64,000 nucleotides of DNA from Gemmatimonadota bacterium. GTDB taxonomy: Bacteria > Gemmatimonadota > Gemmatimonadetes > Longimicrobiales > Gaopeijiaceae. A model generated the notes under the pieces. The model saw only the letters and a list, made by a program, of their open reading frames with translations. It made no database searches and had not been told where the DNA came from. Shown piece after piece: positions 19,842 to 29,090 of the stretch (the stretch's first letter is position 1; each line of letters begins with the position of its first letter). The stretch lies in NCBI GenBank assembly GCA_002718595.1, contig PBFD01000002.1:244770-308769 (forward strand), read 5' to 3'. Position numbers and translations under genes: made by a program.

Positions 19842-20048
19842 GTGAAAAAAGATATACATCCAGAATATGTGCAGTCGGTTGTCACCTGTGCATGTGGGCA
19901 GACATTTGAGACTAAGGCTACTAGAAGTGAAGTGCACACTGACATTTGCTCAGTGTGTCATCCTTTCTATACAGGTAAGCAGCGCTTGGTGGATACTGCT
20001 GGTAGGGTAGAGCGTTTCAAACGGAAATACGATCAGAAACCTGGATAA
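19842..20048 (+). CDS. rpmE: 50S ribosomal protein L31 (Zn-binding type)
   Basis: VKKDIHPEY start with GGAG 8 nt upstream of the GTG at 19842. CxC...CxxCHPFYTG zinc motif. The ORF-track ATG at 19809 adds a non-conserved leader. Confidence 0.9.
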   Translation: MKKDIHPEYVQSVVTCACGQTFETKATRSEVHTDICSVCHPFYTGKQRLVDTAGRVERFKRKYDQKPG

Positions 20049-20072
20049 GAGAGTAGGCAGGGTGATTCTGCA

Positions 20073-21176
20073 ATGAATGATCCTGAAGTTGTAGATCCGA
20101 AGCTTCTCAACAGATTGAAAACTGTGAGAGAGCGAGTGACTGACCTCAATCTAGAACTGACAACCCAGGCGGTACTTTCTGATCCCGATCGTCTTAGGGT
20201 GATTGGTCAAGAGCGTGCTGAATTAGAACCAATAGCTAAAGTGGCTGATGAAATAGAGACTTTAGTTGCCGAGTATCAAGGAGCACAGTTGCTGTTAGAG
20301 GATGCCGATGACGACGAGTTTCGTGATCTCGCACTGCAGGAAATAGACCAACTTGAAGTTCGTCTACTGAGCTTGTCTTCCGAGGCTCAGGAACTTCTGA
20401 TACCAAAAGATCCTCTGGATGGCAAAGCTTCAGTAATAGAAGTGCGTGCAGGAACGGGAGGAGACGAAGCGGGGCTTTTTGCTAAAGATTTGGTTAGGAT
20501 GTACCAAAGAGTAGCCGAGAGAGAAGGTTGGACGGTAGAGATTCTCAGTATTTCGGAGGGAATTCCAGGATCAGTAAAGGAAGCCGTGTTCACTGTCCGA
20601 GGGAAAGGTGTCTATGGAAAACTCCGTTTCGAAAGTGGCGTACACCGAGTACAGAGAGTTCCAGAGACTGAGAGCCAAGGGAGAATTCACACCTCTGCTG
20701 CTACCGTTGCTGTGCTTCCAGAGGCTGATGATGTTGATGTCAAAATCGATCCCAATGATCTCCGGGTTGATGTCTTTAGATCTTCTGGACCTGGAGGTCA
20801 GTCGGTGAATACTACGGACTCTGCTGTGCGCCTAACACATGTTCCTACCGGATTAGTTGTTTCTTGCCAGGATGAAAAATCACAGCACAAAAATAAGGCG
20901 AAAGCCCTTAAAGTTTTGAGGAGTAGGCTTTTAGACCAATCTATAGCTAAACAAGAAGCAGAGAGATCTCAGCAACGTAAGGCACAGGTTGGAACAGGAG
21001 ATCGATCCGCAAAAATTCGGACTTACAACTTTCCGCAGAATCGTGTCACTGATCATCGAGTCAAATTGACTCTCTATTCCCTTGACCAGGTCTTGGACGG
21101 GGATCTGACAGAACTGCTGACAGTGTTGAAAGCAGCCGACTTAGAGGAACGTCTTCAAGAACAGTCAGAAGGATAG
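20073..21176 (+). CDS. prfA: Peptide chain release factor 1
   Basis: GGQ motif (SGPGGQSVNTT). PxT-type stop-recognition tripeptide (RVPETESQGRIHTS) rather than the SPF of RF2. No internal frameshift. Confidence 0.95.
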   Translation: MNDPEVVDPKLLNRLKTVRERVTDLNLELTTQAVLSDPDRLRVIGQERAELEPIAKVADEIETLVAEYQGAQLLLEDADDDEFRDLALQEIDQLEVRLLSLSSEAQELLIPKDPLDGKASVIEVRAGTGGDEAGLFAKDLVRMYQRVAEREGWTVEILSISEGIPGSVKEAVFTVRGKGVYGKLRFESGVHRVQRVPETESQGRIHTSAATVAVLPEADDVDVKIDPNDLRVDVFRSSGPGGQSVNTTDSAVRLTHVPTGLVVSCQDEKSQHKNKAKALKVLRSRLLDQSIAKQEAERSQQRKAQVGTGDRSAKIRTYNFPQNRVTDHRVKLTLYSLDQVLDGDLTELLTVLKAADLEERLQEQSEG

Positions 21177-21182
21177 AGTGTA

Positions 21183-22088
21183 ATGGTGGTCTCTTCGGAT
21201 CTAACATCTGATTCGAGTCGTGGTGATGCATGGTCTATCAAACGGATGATCTTCTGGAGTGCTGATTATTTAGCAGAGAAAGGTGTTGAACATTCCCGAT
21301 TGGACGCAGAATGGTTATTGGCTGAAGCTCTAGATATGGATAGGCTTCAGCTCTACCTGCAGTACGATCGTCTCCTCAATCCAACAGAGAAGTCGACTTT
21401 TAAGTCATTGCTGTTGCGCAGAGCTAAGAGAGAACCATTACAGTATATACTTGGGAAAACAATATTCAGAGAAGTGGAATTGGTAACGGATAAGCGTGTG
21501 CTGATTCCACGTCAGGAAACAGAAGTGTTGGTAGAGCGTATTCTCTCCTGGGGATCCGAAAAGAGTAAGGGTTTGGGACGTGTTTTGGATCTAGGAACAG
21601 GTTCTGGTGCTGTAGGAATTTCGTTAGCTGTAGAAGGTCAGTGTTCTGGGGTGGTCGCAACCGACATAACGAGAGATGCTATCGCTGTAGCGACGATGAA
21701 TGCTCACAGGAATGGTGTTGAAGATTTGTTGGATTTTCGTAGAGGATCCCTTTACAAGGTCATCGACTCAGACGAGTACTTTGATATAATCGTTTCCAAT
21801 CCACCTTATATTGCAGATGACGAAGCTAGAGTGCTTGAGCCCGAAGTATTGGAATGGGAACCAGGCACCGCTCTCTTCGGAGGAAAAACAGGATTGGAAA
21901 TCATAAGAGAGATAATTATTGGGGCTCCTAGCAATTTGACTTCTGAGGGGCTTCTGGCCCTGGAGTTTGGTTTGGGACAAGCCGAACAAATTGTTTCTCA
22001 AATAGAGAAAACGGGTATGTTTAATTCGGTCATGGTCCATCGCGATTTAAATGGTCGTCAACGGGTAGTGACAGCACAAAGAAATTAG
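21183..22088 (+). CDS. prmC: Release-factor glutamine N5-methyltransferase
   Basis: SAM-binding LDLGTGSGAVG and the catalytic NPPY motif (VSNPPYI). Conserved position after prfA. Confidence 0.9.
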   Translation: MVVSSDLTSDSSRGDAWSIKRMIFWSADYLAEKGVEHSRLDAEWLLAEALDMDRLQLYLQYDRLLNPTEKSTFKSLLLRRAKREPLQYILGKTIFREVELVTDKRVLIPRQETEVLVERILSWGSEKSKGLGRVLDLGTGSGAVGISLAVEGQCSGVVATDITRDAIAVATMNAHRNGVEDLLDFRRGSLYKVIDSDEYFDIIVSNPPYIADDEARVLEPEVLEWEPGTALFGGKTGLEIIREIIIGAPSNLTSEGLLALEFGLGQAEQIVSQIEKTGMFNSVMVHRDLNGRQRVVTAQRN

Positions 22089-22141
22089 GAAAATGCACTG
22101 TCGGATGTTTATTTTATTGAGGAGTTGCTAATCCAAACTTA

Positions 22142-22510
22142 ATGGGAAGAAAAATGGATAGAATCAGTGAGATGGCGAAAGATTTGGGAAGAGTGCTTGG
22201 TCAGACTGAGGAATATCGATCTTTAAAACAGGCTATTTCTATTGTAGACGAAGACAAGGAAGTGACTGAAGTTAGGACTGAATTGGAGGGAATTGAGCTT
22301 CAAATTAAAGATCTAATCAATAACGGTGAAGAACCTGATGAAAGCGTCAAGCAAAGGTATGAAGAGTCTTTAAGTCGTCTTCAGACCAGCACAAGTTACC
22401 AAAGGCTTGTTGCGGCTCAAGCTAACTTTGACAAGGTTTTGGTAAAGGTGAACCAGACAATACAGACTGGCATTGCTGAAGGAGCAGAAAGCCGGATAAT
22501 ACGGCCCTGA
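22142..22510 (+). CDS. YlbF/YmcA-like helical protein
   Basis: 122 aa, all-helical. SEEYRSLKQA...QANFDKVLVKVNQTI resembles the YlbF/YheA family pattern from memory. Confidence 0.45.
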   Translation: MGRKMDRISEMAKDLGRVLGQTEEYRSLKQAISIVDEDKEVTEVRTELEGIELQIKDLINNGEEPDESVKQRYEESLSRLQTSTSYQRLVAAQANFDKVLVKVNQTIQTGIAEGAESRIIRP

Positions 22511-22576
22511 ATACGAGGTTATAAAATCAAGAACTTAGATGATCTTAGAGGTCGAATCTATCCAATAATCGATCCA

Positions 22577-23155
22577 ATGACACGCTGGTTAGTCAAGAAA
22601 AAAGTGCATCCGAATGTGATCACTAGTAGTGGCTTTATGGTGACTGTGGTGGCGGGTTACTTTTATGGAATCGATCACGTTCGAACTGCGGGCGCATTGG
22701 TGCTTGTGGGAGGCGCGCACGACATTTTTGATGGACGCGTAGCTCAATTGTCAGGATTGCAGTCAAAATTTGGAGCATTTTATGACTCTGTCCTTGATAG
22801 GATCAGTGAGGTTGTAATTTACCTAGGTTTAATTTCCTTATATAACCAATATGAAATGTCGCTGTTGAATGTAGGTATGATTTATATGATAGCTTTAGCT
22901 ATGGCTGGATCACTCATGATTAGTTATACCAGAGCAAAAGCAGAGGTACTCGGACTGGAGTGCACAGTAGGCTTGATGCAACGAGCTGAAAGAGTAGTTA
23001 TTCTGGGCCTCGGATCATTAATATTTGGTCTAAGCTGGAATGGTTTTGTATTAAGTGCGATAATTATAGTATTCGCTGTACTGACTAATCTGACAGCAAT
23101 CCGAAGGATCGTATGGGTCCATAAGGCTGCTGCGGGAGTTCCGTTAGACAATTAA
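22577..23155 (+). CDS. CDP-alcohol phosphatidyltransferase, probable phosphatidylinositol-phosphate synthase type
   Basis: Full D(x)2DG(x)2AR...G(x)3D(x)3D signature (HDIFDGRVAQLSG...GAFYDSVLDRISE). About 6 TM helices, 192 aa. Sits immediately upstream of the inositol-phosphate synthase. Confidence 0.8.
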   Translation: MTRWLVKKKVHPNVITSSGFMVTVVAGYFYGIDHVRTAGALVLVGGAHDIFDGRVAQLSGLQSKFGAFYDSVLDRISEVVIYLGLISLYNQYEMSLLNVGMIYMIALAMAGSLMISYTRAKAEVLGLECTVGLMQRAERVVILGLGSLIFGLSWNGFVLSAIIIVFAVLTNLTAIRRIVWVHKAAAGVPLDN

Positions 23156-23191
23156 ATAATGACGATTCCAATAAAGTAAGGAGATACTGTT

Positions 23192-24502
23192 TTGCAAGAA
23201 ACACCAGAGATTTCTACTGCGAAAGGTCGTTTGGGGGTTTTACTTCCAGGAATGGGCGCTGTAGCTACAACAACTATAGCGGGGGTGTTGCTGGCTCGAA
23301 AAGGCTTGGCAAAACCGATTGGAAGTTTGAGTCAAATGAACACCATTAGGTTAGGTCAGAGGACAGAAAAACGGTCACCGTTGATCAAAGATTTCATCGG
23401 TTTAGCGGAATTGGATCAAATCGTTTTTGGTGGATGGGATCCTATTCCTGACAACGCTTATGAAAGCGCAGTAAACGCGGGGGTTTTGAGCAACGAGCAT
23501 TTAGAGTTGGTGAAAAATGAGCTGATGGAAATCAAGCCTATGTCAGCTGCTTTTGATACTGAGTATGTCACTCGCCTGGACGGTCCCAACAAGAAAACAG
23601 GCTCTAATAAAAGAGATATAGCTGAACAGATAAGGGCGGATATACGTGATTTTAAGGAAAAAAATAAATGTGATCGCTTAGTTATGGTCTGGTGTGGTTC
23701 CACAGAAATCTTTTTACGTCATGGGTCAGTTCATGAAACCATGGAATCTTTCGAGAAGGGGATGGAAGACAATGAACAGTCGATCTCTCCAAGTATGCTC
23801 TACGCATATGCTGCCCTGAAAGAGGGAGTTCCCTATGCAAATGGAGCTCCAAACCTTTCCGCTGATTTTGGCGCGTTTGAAGACTACGCTCAAGCAGAAG
23901 GTATACCGATAGCTGGTAAGGATTTTAAGACTGGACAGACATTGATGAAAACCATTCTAGCTCCAGGTTTCAAGGCACGAATGCTGGGTATCAATGGATG
24001 GTTCAGCACCAACATCTTGGGTAACCGTGACGGTGCTGTTTTGGATGATCCTGCAAGTTTTAAAACAAAAGAAGAGTCTAAGTTGGGCGTGATCGACCAT
24101 ATTTTGCAGCCTAATCTTTATCCCGATTTGTATGGGGACATTTATCACAAAGTTAGAATAAATTACTATCCGCCTAGAGGTGATGATAAGGAAGGTTGGG
24201 ATAACATAGATATTTTTGGTTGGCTCGACTATCCTATGCAAATCAAGGTGGATTTCCTCTGCAAGGACTCGATTTTGGCTGCTCCTATAGTATTGGATCT
24301 GGCTATTTTTCTTGACTTGGCTGGACGAGCTGGTTTGGGTGGTATCCAAGAATGGCTCTCTTTCTATTTTAAAAGTCCTCAATGTGCTCCAGGTCTCTAT
24401 CCAGAGCATGACCTTTTCATTCAGAATTGGAAATTGAAGAATACACTTCGTTGGTTGGGGGGTGAGGATCAGATAACTCACCTTGGTAGGGAATATTACT
24501 AG
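23192..24502 (+). CDS. myo-Inositol-1-phosphate (inositol-3-phosphate) synthase
   Basis: 436 aa. N-terminal Rossmann GVLLPGMGAVATT. Also YANGAPNLS, AGKDFKTGQTLMKT and NILGNRDG motifs typical of bacterial/archaeal MIPS. Confidence 0.9.
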   Translation: MQETPEISTAKGRLGVLLPGMGAVATTTIAGVLLARKGLAKPIGSLSQMNTIRLGQRTEKRSPLIKDFIGLAELDQIVFGGWDPIPDNAYESAVNAGVLSNEHLELVKNELMEIKPMSAAFDTEYVTRLDGPNKKTGSNKRDIAEQIRADIRDFKEKNKCDRLVMVWCGSTEIFLRHGSVHETMESFEKGMEDNEQSISPSMLYAYAALKEGVPYANGAPNLSADFGAFEDYAQAEGIPIAGKDFKTGQTLMKTILAPGFKARMLGINGWFSTNILGNRDGAVLDDPASFKTKEESKLGVIDHILQPNLYPDLYGDIYHKVRINYYPPRGDDKEGWDNIDIFGWLDYPMQIKVDFLCKDSILAAPIVLDLAIFLDLAGRAGLGGIQEWLSFYFKSPQCAPGLYPEHDLFIQNWKLKNTLRWLGGEDQITHLGREYY

Positions 24503-24504
24503 AG

Positions 24505-25167
24505 GTGACTAAAAGGAATGGCCTAGGAAAGAGCAGAGGTCCATTTGTGGCACTGGAGGGACTGGATGGTTCTGGAAAAACTACTCAGGTAAATCTGCTA
24601 TCAGGATGGTTTTCTTCGAAAAATCTACAGTTTACTGTAGCCAGGGAACCTGGCAGTACAAAAACAGGTGAAGCTATCCGGGGGTTGGTACAGCAACGGC
24701 TGGATCTTGAAATCCCCTCTGAGACCGAGTTACTACTCTACCTTGCTGCAAGATCGGTTTTTGTTAAAGAGGCAGTCATGCCAGTCCTTGAGAGAGGAGA
24801 CGTTTTCTTAACGGATCGGTTTTCCATGTCAACCATAGCTTATCAAGGGTATGCCAGAGGTTTAGATGTGGAAGAAGTAGTCAAGTTAAACAATTTCGCA
24901 TCTCATGGCTTGGACCCTGATTTGTATCTGGTTCTGGACATTCCCGTAGAGTTGTCGCTTGAAAGGTTAGCCGATGCTAAAAAAGAAAAAGACCGTTTAG
25001 AATTGGCGGGGATCGATTTTATGGAAAAGGTTAGGGAAGGATATTTGGACATCGTAAGGAAGACGGATAATGCGGTGTTGATAGACGGGACCGAAGCACC
25101 AGAATTAGTTCATCTCAAGATAAGAGAAGCTCTTGTTAATGAAATGCCAACTGCATTTGGAATTTAA
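24505..25167 (+). CDS. tmk: Thymidylate kinase
   Basis: P-loop LEGLDGSGKTTQ, a DRF motif (LTDRFSMSTIAYQG) and a lid region. GTG start 2 nt after the preceding stop. Confidence 0.9.
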   Translation: MTKRNGLGKSRGPFVALEGLDGSGKTTQVNLLSGWFSSKNLQFTVAREPGSTKTGEAIRGLVQQRLDLEIPSETELLLYLAARSVFVKEAVMPVLERGDVFLTDRFSMSTIAYQGYARGLDVEEVVKLNNFASHGLDPDLYLVLDIPVELSLERLADAKKEKDRLELAGIDFMEKVREGYLDIVRKTDNAVLIDGTEAPELVHLKIREALVNEMPTAFGI

Positions 25168-25178
25168 GAGACGGGAGA

Positions 25179-26795
25179 ATGATGAGTTCATTGATTCCTC
25201 GCCTAACAGTTTTGGCAAGTTCTATATTGATCGCAAGTTGGTTTTTTCAGGGTGCTTTCAGAGAAAGAGTATCTGGTAGGGTCCATTCTGGACCTCTAGA
25301 AGAAGTCCTGGAGCACATTACAGAACAATTTGTCGATTCAGTCGACCAGTCGGAGCTAGTTGATTCTGCGATAGAAGCTTTGGTCAATGGTTTAGATGAT
25401 CCTCACACATCATTCATAGACAGTCAGTCCTGGGACAGTTTTCGTTTGCAGAGTGGGGCGGATGCGGAATATGGTGGTGTGGGCCTGGAGATTGTGAGAC
25501 GTGACAGCCTAGTGACTGTTATCACTGCGATTCCAGGGGGACCAGCGATAAGATCTGGAATCAGACCTGGAGACCGAATTCTTTCTATAGAAGGAGAGTC
25601 TGCAAAGAATTGGGATACTGATCAAGTTGCCAATCGCTTAAGGGGAAGAAGGGGTACTCACGTCAACCTGACAGTCAATCGACCTGGTGTAGACGAACCA
25701 ATTCTGTTTCGACTTACAAGAGCAGTAATTGAGTTGCGCTCAGTACCCTTTACGAAACTATTGAGGGGATCAGTTGGCTACATTCCTTTGCAGGTTTTTA
25801 ACGAAACTTCTGGACGAGAAGTTGAAGAAGCATTGAATTCTCTGCGCCAACGGGGCATGAAGTCGTTGATCCTTGACCTCCGGGATAATCCCGGAGGGCT
25901 TCTGGCTGAAGGAGTTGCTGTGACAGATCTTTTTCTAGAAGATCAGTTGATCGTTTTGGAAACAAAGGGCAGGGATCCGACGACAATAGAACGCATTGAA
26001 TCGACTACGTTTGAATCAAATGCCGATCTACCAGTGGTAGTTTTAGTGAATGGTAACAGTGCCAGCTCTTCAGAAATTGTTGCGGGAGCGCTACAGGATC
26101 ACGATAGGGCTCTAATAATTGGCAATCGTACTTACGGTAAAGGTTCTGTCCAAACCCTCTATCAACTAGACACAGGTGATGTATTGAGACTGACGACGGC
26201 CAGATGGTATACCCCAGTAGGTCGTTCTATTAATAGAGATCCTGGAGAGGCGCTGGACATGAGAAATTCAGAATCTATGAAATTAGCTCTTAATGGTCAG
26301 ATGGTAGCATTAGACAATCTGGAAGGCCGGCCGGTATTAAAATCGGTCGGTGGAAGAAGCCTTTATGGTGGAGGAGGTATAACTCCCGATATCTCTGTCA
26401 TGTTGGACACTTTATCTACTTCTGAAGAGGAGGCTGTTCAGAGAATTTTCCGGTCGGCAGGGTCCTTTGCAACAGGGTTGTTTAACTATGCAGTGAAGTA
26501 TGTGCAAAACACGCCATCCACGGCTAATAAGATACAATTGGGGAATTCTGACTTGGGACTCTTTTACCAAGAACTCTTATTGGAGAATGAAGCGATGCTG
26601 GAGAGGTCTGATTTTGAAAGTGGGTACAGATTTATTAAATACCAGTTAGAAAGGGAGATTGCTCTTCACGCCTGGGGTCCCGAGGGAGCCTTTGAACAAA
26701 CATGGCAAAATGACACCCAGGTGATGAGAGCTCTGGAGGTGTTGGAAGGAAAAAAGTCTCCAGAGGAGCTCTTGGAAGTTGCGATTGGTAATTAA
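25179..26795 (+). CDS. Carboxyl-terminal processing protease (S41 family) with PDZ domain
   Basis: Signal anchor, PDZ (GGPAIRSGIRPGDRILSIEG), and an S41 catalytic region (LVNGNSASSSEIVAGALQD...GKGSVQT). Confidence 0.85.
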   Translation: MMSSLIPRLTVLASSILIASWFFQGAFRERVSGRVHSGPLEEVLEHITEQFVDSVDQSELVDSAIEALVNGLDDPHTSFIDSQSWDSFRLQSGADAEYGGVGLEIVRRDSLVTVITAIPGGPAIRSGIRPGDRILSIEGESAKNWDTDQVANRLRGRRGTHVNLTVNRPGVDEPILFRLTRAVIELRSVPFTKLLRGSVGYIPLQVFNETSGREVEEALNSLRQRGMKSLILDLRDNPGGLLAEGVAVTDLFLEDQLIVLETKGRDPTTIERIESTTFESNADLPVVVLVNGNSASSSEIVAGALQDHDRALIIGNRTYGKGSVQTLYQLDTGDVLRLTTARWYTPVGRSINRDPGEALDMRNSESMKLALNGQMVALDNLEGRPVLKSVGGRSLYGGGGITPDISVMLDTLSTSEEEAVQRIFRSAGSFATGLFNYAVKYVQNTPSTANKIQLGNSDLGLFYQELLLENEAMLERSDFESGYRFIKYQLEREIALHAWGPEGAFEQTWQNDTQVMRALEVLEGKKSPEELLEVAIGN

Positions 26796-26895
26796 GATAA
26801 TAGGGTGGAGAAATCCATGTTTCGAATACTTCAGGAGCATCATCTATGCCTAAAACAAAACACTTTATTAGTCGATCACTGACTGGTAATATTTG

Positions 26896-27876
26896 ATGAA
26901 GGATGTAGTAGTACAGCGTGGAGGTTTGATAGAATCGGCCCATCGGGTTCACGCAGCGGTAGTAAATGAAAAGGGTGAGATAATTGCTAAGGTTGGCGAT
27001 CCGCACACAGTGGTTTTCTGTCGGTCAGCTGCCAAGCCCTTTCAGGCTGTTCCTTTAGTAGAAGAACATATTCTTGATGAGTTTGGAATTAATCCAAATG
27101 AGCTGGCTGTCATATGTGCATCTCACAGTGGTGAGCCAAAACATATTGAAGCAGTAAGATCCATCCTGGATAAAATAGGACTGTGCGAGAAGGACCTCGA
27201 GTGTGGACCACACCCTCCCTTTCGAGAGAGTGCTGCAATAGAGTTGTATACGAAGGGGAAAGAGATAGGACCAATTTATAATAATTGTTCGGGGAAACAC
27301 GCGGGAATGCTTGCCATGGCTCTTTCAAAGGACTGGGAGACTAAGGGCTATATAAATCGAGATCATCCAGTTCAGGTCAGAATGCTTTCAGAGATCTCAA
27401 GGTGGACCAGTCTTCGAGAATCGGAGATCAAGCTGGGTGTCGATGGGTGTGGAGTTGTGTGTTTTGGTTTACCGTTGGAGCACTTAGCTAGAGCTTTTTG
27501 TGCGTTGGGTAACGATGACAGTTCCAATCATAGAATTGTCTCAGCCATGACAAATTATCCCGACATGGTAGCTGGCACAGGTAGGTTTGGAACAGCCCTA
27601 ATAGAAAGACTGGGAGACAGGATATTTGCCAAGACTGGGGCGGAAGGAGTTTTTGCCGTCGGGTCTACTGACGGCGACTTTGGAATGGTCGTTAAGATAG
27701 AGGATGGTGCAAAGAGAGCTACTCCAATTATAGTTCTGCAAATTCTGGATCACCTGAAACTGCTGGGGGATGAGGACAAGGAAAAATTAGAAATGTTTTC
27801 ATCTCCAGTGATAAGGAATACTTTAGGACAGATCGTCGGTGAGATCAGTTCCAATATTGAACTGGTTGCAGAATAG
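26896..27876 (+). CDS. Asparaginase-II family (PF06089-like) protein
   Basis: CRSAAKPFQAVPL, ICASHSGEPKHIE, NNCSGKHAGMLA and RDHPVQ strings match the family from memory. Confidence 0.7.
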   Translation: MKDVVVQRGGLIESAHRVHAAVVNEKGEIIAKVGDPHTVVFCRSAAKPFQAVPLVEEHILDEFGINPNELAVICASHSGEPKHIEAVRSILDKIGLCEKDLECGPHPPFRESAAIELYTKGKEIGPIYNNCSGKHAGMLAMALSKDWETKGYINRDHPVQVRMLSEISRWTSLRESEIKLGVDGCGVVCFGLPLEHLARAFCALGNDDSSNHRIVSAMTNYPDMVAGTGRFGTALIERLGDRIFAKTGAEGVFAVGSTDGDFGMVVKIEDGAKRATPIIVLQILDHLKLLGDEDKEKLEMFSSPVIRNTLGQIVGEISSNIELVAE

Positions 27877-28027
27877 CGGAAGGGGCATCCTCCTTTTTAG
27901 AGGAATGGGGTTGATTGAAGCGAGGTAAAAACAGGATTGCTTCTGAAATCTCCTTCCGTGATAAACTAATTTTGGTATTCTTAATGTGAAATTGTGTCCT
28001 AGTCGCTAGAAGGGAGTTTGTCTGTCT

Positions 28028-29053
28028 ATGTTCGTCGACAGAGCGGTGATACACGTATACGGAGGATCAGGTGGTTCGGGTTCTGATGCTATGCGTAGAG
28101 AGAAAGGGGTCCCGCGAGGGGGTCCCGCTGGAGGTGACGGTGGTAAAGGTGGCAGTGTAATTATAGTTGCAGATTCTCAGCTTTCTACTCTTTTGGATTT
28201 TCACATGAAGCAACATTATAGGGCGGAGAGAGGATTGCATGGATCTGGGAAGAACAAGACTGGAAAAAGTGGAAAGGATTTAGAGGTAATTGTTTCTCCA
28301 GGAACTATAATTAGAGATGCCGAAACCAAAGAAGTGCTAGGCGAAGTATTGAAATCCGGAGACAGAGTAACCGTCGCAAAGGGAGGACGTGGAGGAAGGG
28401 GAAATACTAATTTTGCAAGTTCTACCAACCAGGCTCCAACCAGATGGGAACCAGGGGAACCAGGAATTGAACGCAGGTTGGAACTGGAGTTAAAACTTAT
28501 AGCTGATGTTGGGTTGGTGGGCGAACCCAATGCTGGGAAATCGACTCTTTTGGGGGCTATATCCAAAGCCCGTCCTAAGGTGGCTGGATATCCATTTACT
28601 ACTTTAGAACCCAACCTTGGGATAGTTCAACTGTCGGATTATCGAAGTTTTGCGGTGGCCGATATTCCAGGGATAATAGAAGGAGCACACGAAGGTAGGG
28701 GCTTAGGCTTGCGGTTTTTGAGACACATTGAAAGAACTAGAGTGCTCGCTTTTTTGATTCCCGTAGACTCTGATAAGCCCAAAAAGATTTATCACCTACT
28801 CCGAAAAGAAATTGCAAATTATTCGGAGGAGCTTTCTCGACGGCCACACTGCGTTGTCTTAACGAAAAAAGATGTTGGAACTTTTAAAGGAGAACCAAGC
28901 AATTTGGATTTTCCGGAAGCTTGGGCCGTCTTCAAGTTGTCTTCCATCAATAGGCTGGGGATCAAGCCGTTTTTGGAGAGTATCTGGCTGAAAACTCAGG
29001 AATTGGTAAAATCTGAAGAAAATTCCAAAAAAGAAGATTTTTGGGAATTTTGA
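28028..29053 (+). CDS. obg: GTPase Obg/CgtA
   Basis: Glycine-rich Obg fold (MFVDRAVIHVYGGSGGSGS...GGDGGKGGSV). G1 motif GEPNAGKST, and DIPGIIEGA. Confidence 0.95.
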   Translation: MFVDRAVIHVYGGSGGSGSDAMRREKGVPRGGPAGGDGGKGGSVIIVADSQLSTLLDFHMKQHYRAERGLHGSGKNKTGKSGKDLEVIVSPGTIIRDAETKEVLGEVLKSGDRVTVAKGGRGGRGNTNFASSTNQAPTRWEPGEPGIERRLELELKLIADVGLVGEPNAGKSTLLGAISKARPKVAGYPFTTLEPNLGIVQLSDYRSFAVADIPGIIEGAHEGRGLGLRFLRHIERTRVLAFLIPVDSDKPKKIYHLLRKEIANYSEELSRRPHCVVLTKKDVGTFKGEPSNLDFPEAWAVFKLSSINRLGIKPFLESIWLKTQELVKSEENSKKEDFWEF

Positions 29054-29090
29054 ATAATCCACAGGGCCCTGCTGGAGGGGTGTTAATAAG

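Noticed and set aside
20661-20669. The RF1 stop-codon recognition tripeptide reads PET rather than the PAT/PVT I remember from model organisms.
   Set aside because: The middle position of PxT is known to vary. Surrounding residues (RV-PxT-ESQGRIHTS) and the GGQ motif are canonical, and I cannot judge rarity without an alignment.
27877-27958. Nested inverted repeats in the 150-nt gap upstream of obg: CGGAAGG/CCTTCCG enclosing TCCT/AGGA and GAAGC/GCTTC. The same region holds a weak hairpin AGGGG-CATC-CTCCT followed by TTTT, which could be a terminator for the asparaginase-like gene.
   Set aside because: A 7-bp complementary pair within about 150 nt is roughly what chance predicts. The helices are short and AU/GU-poor in support. 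I recognise no known riboswitch or leader consensus, and the putative terminator stem is only 5 bp with a G-U. This is not enough to call an RNA element.
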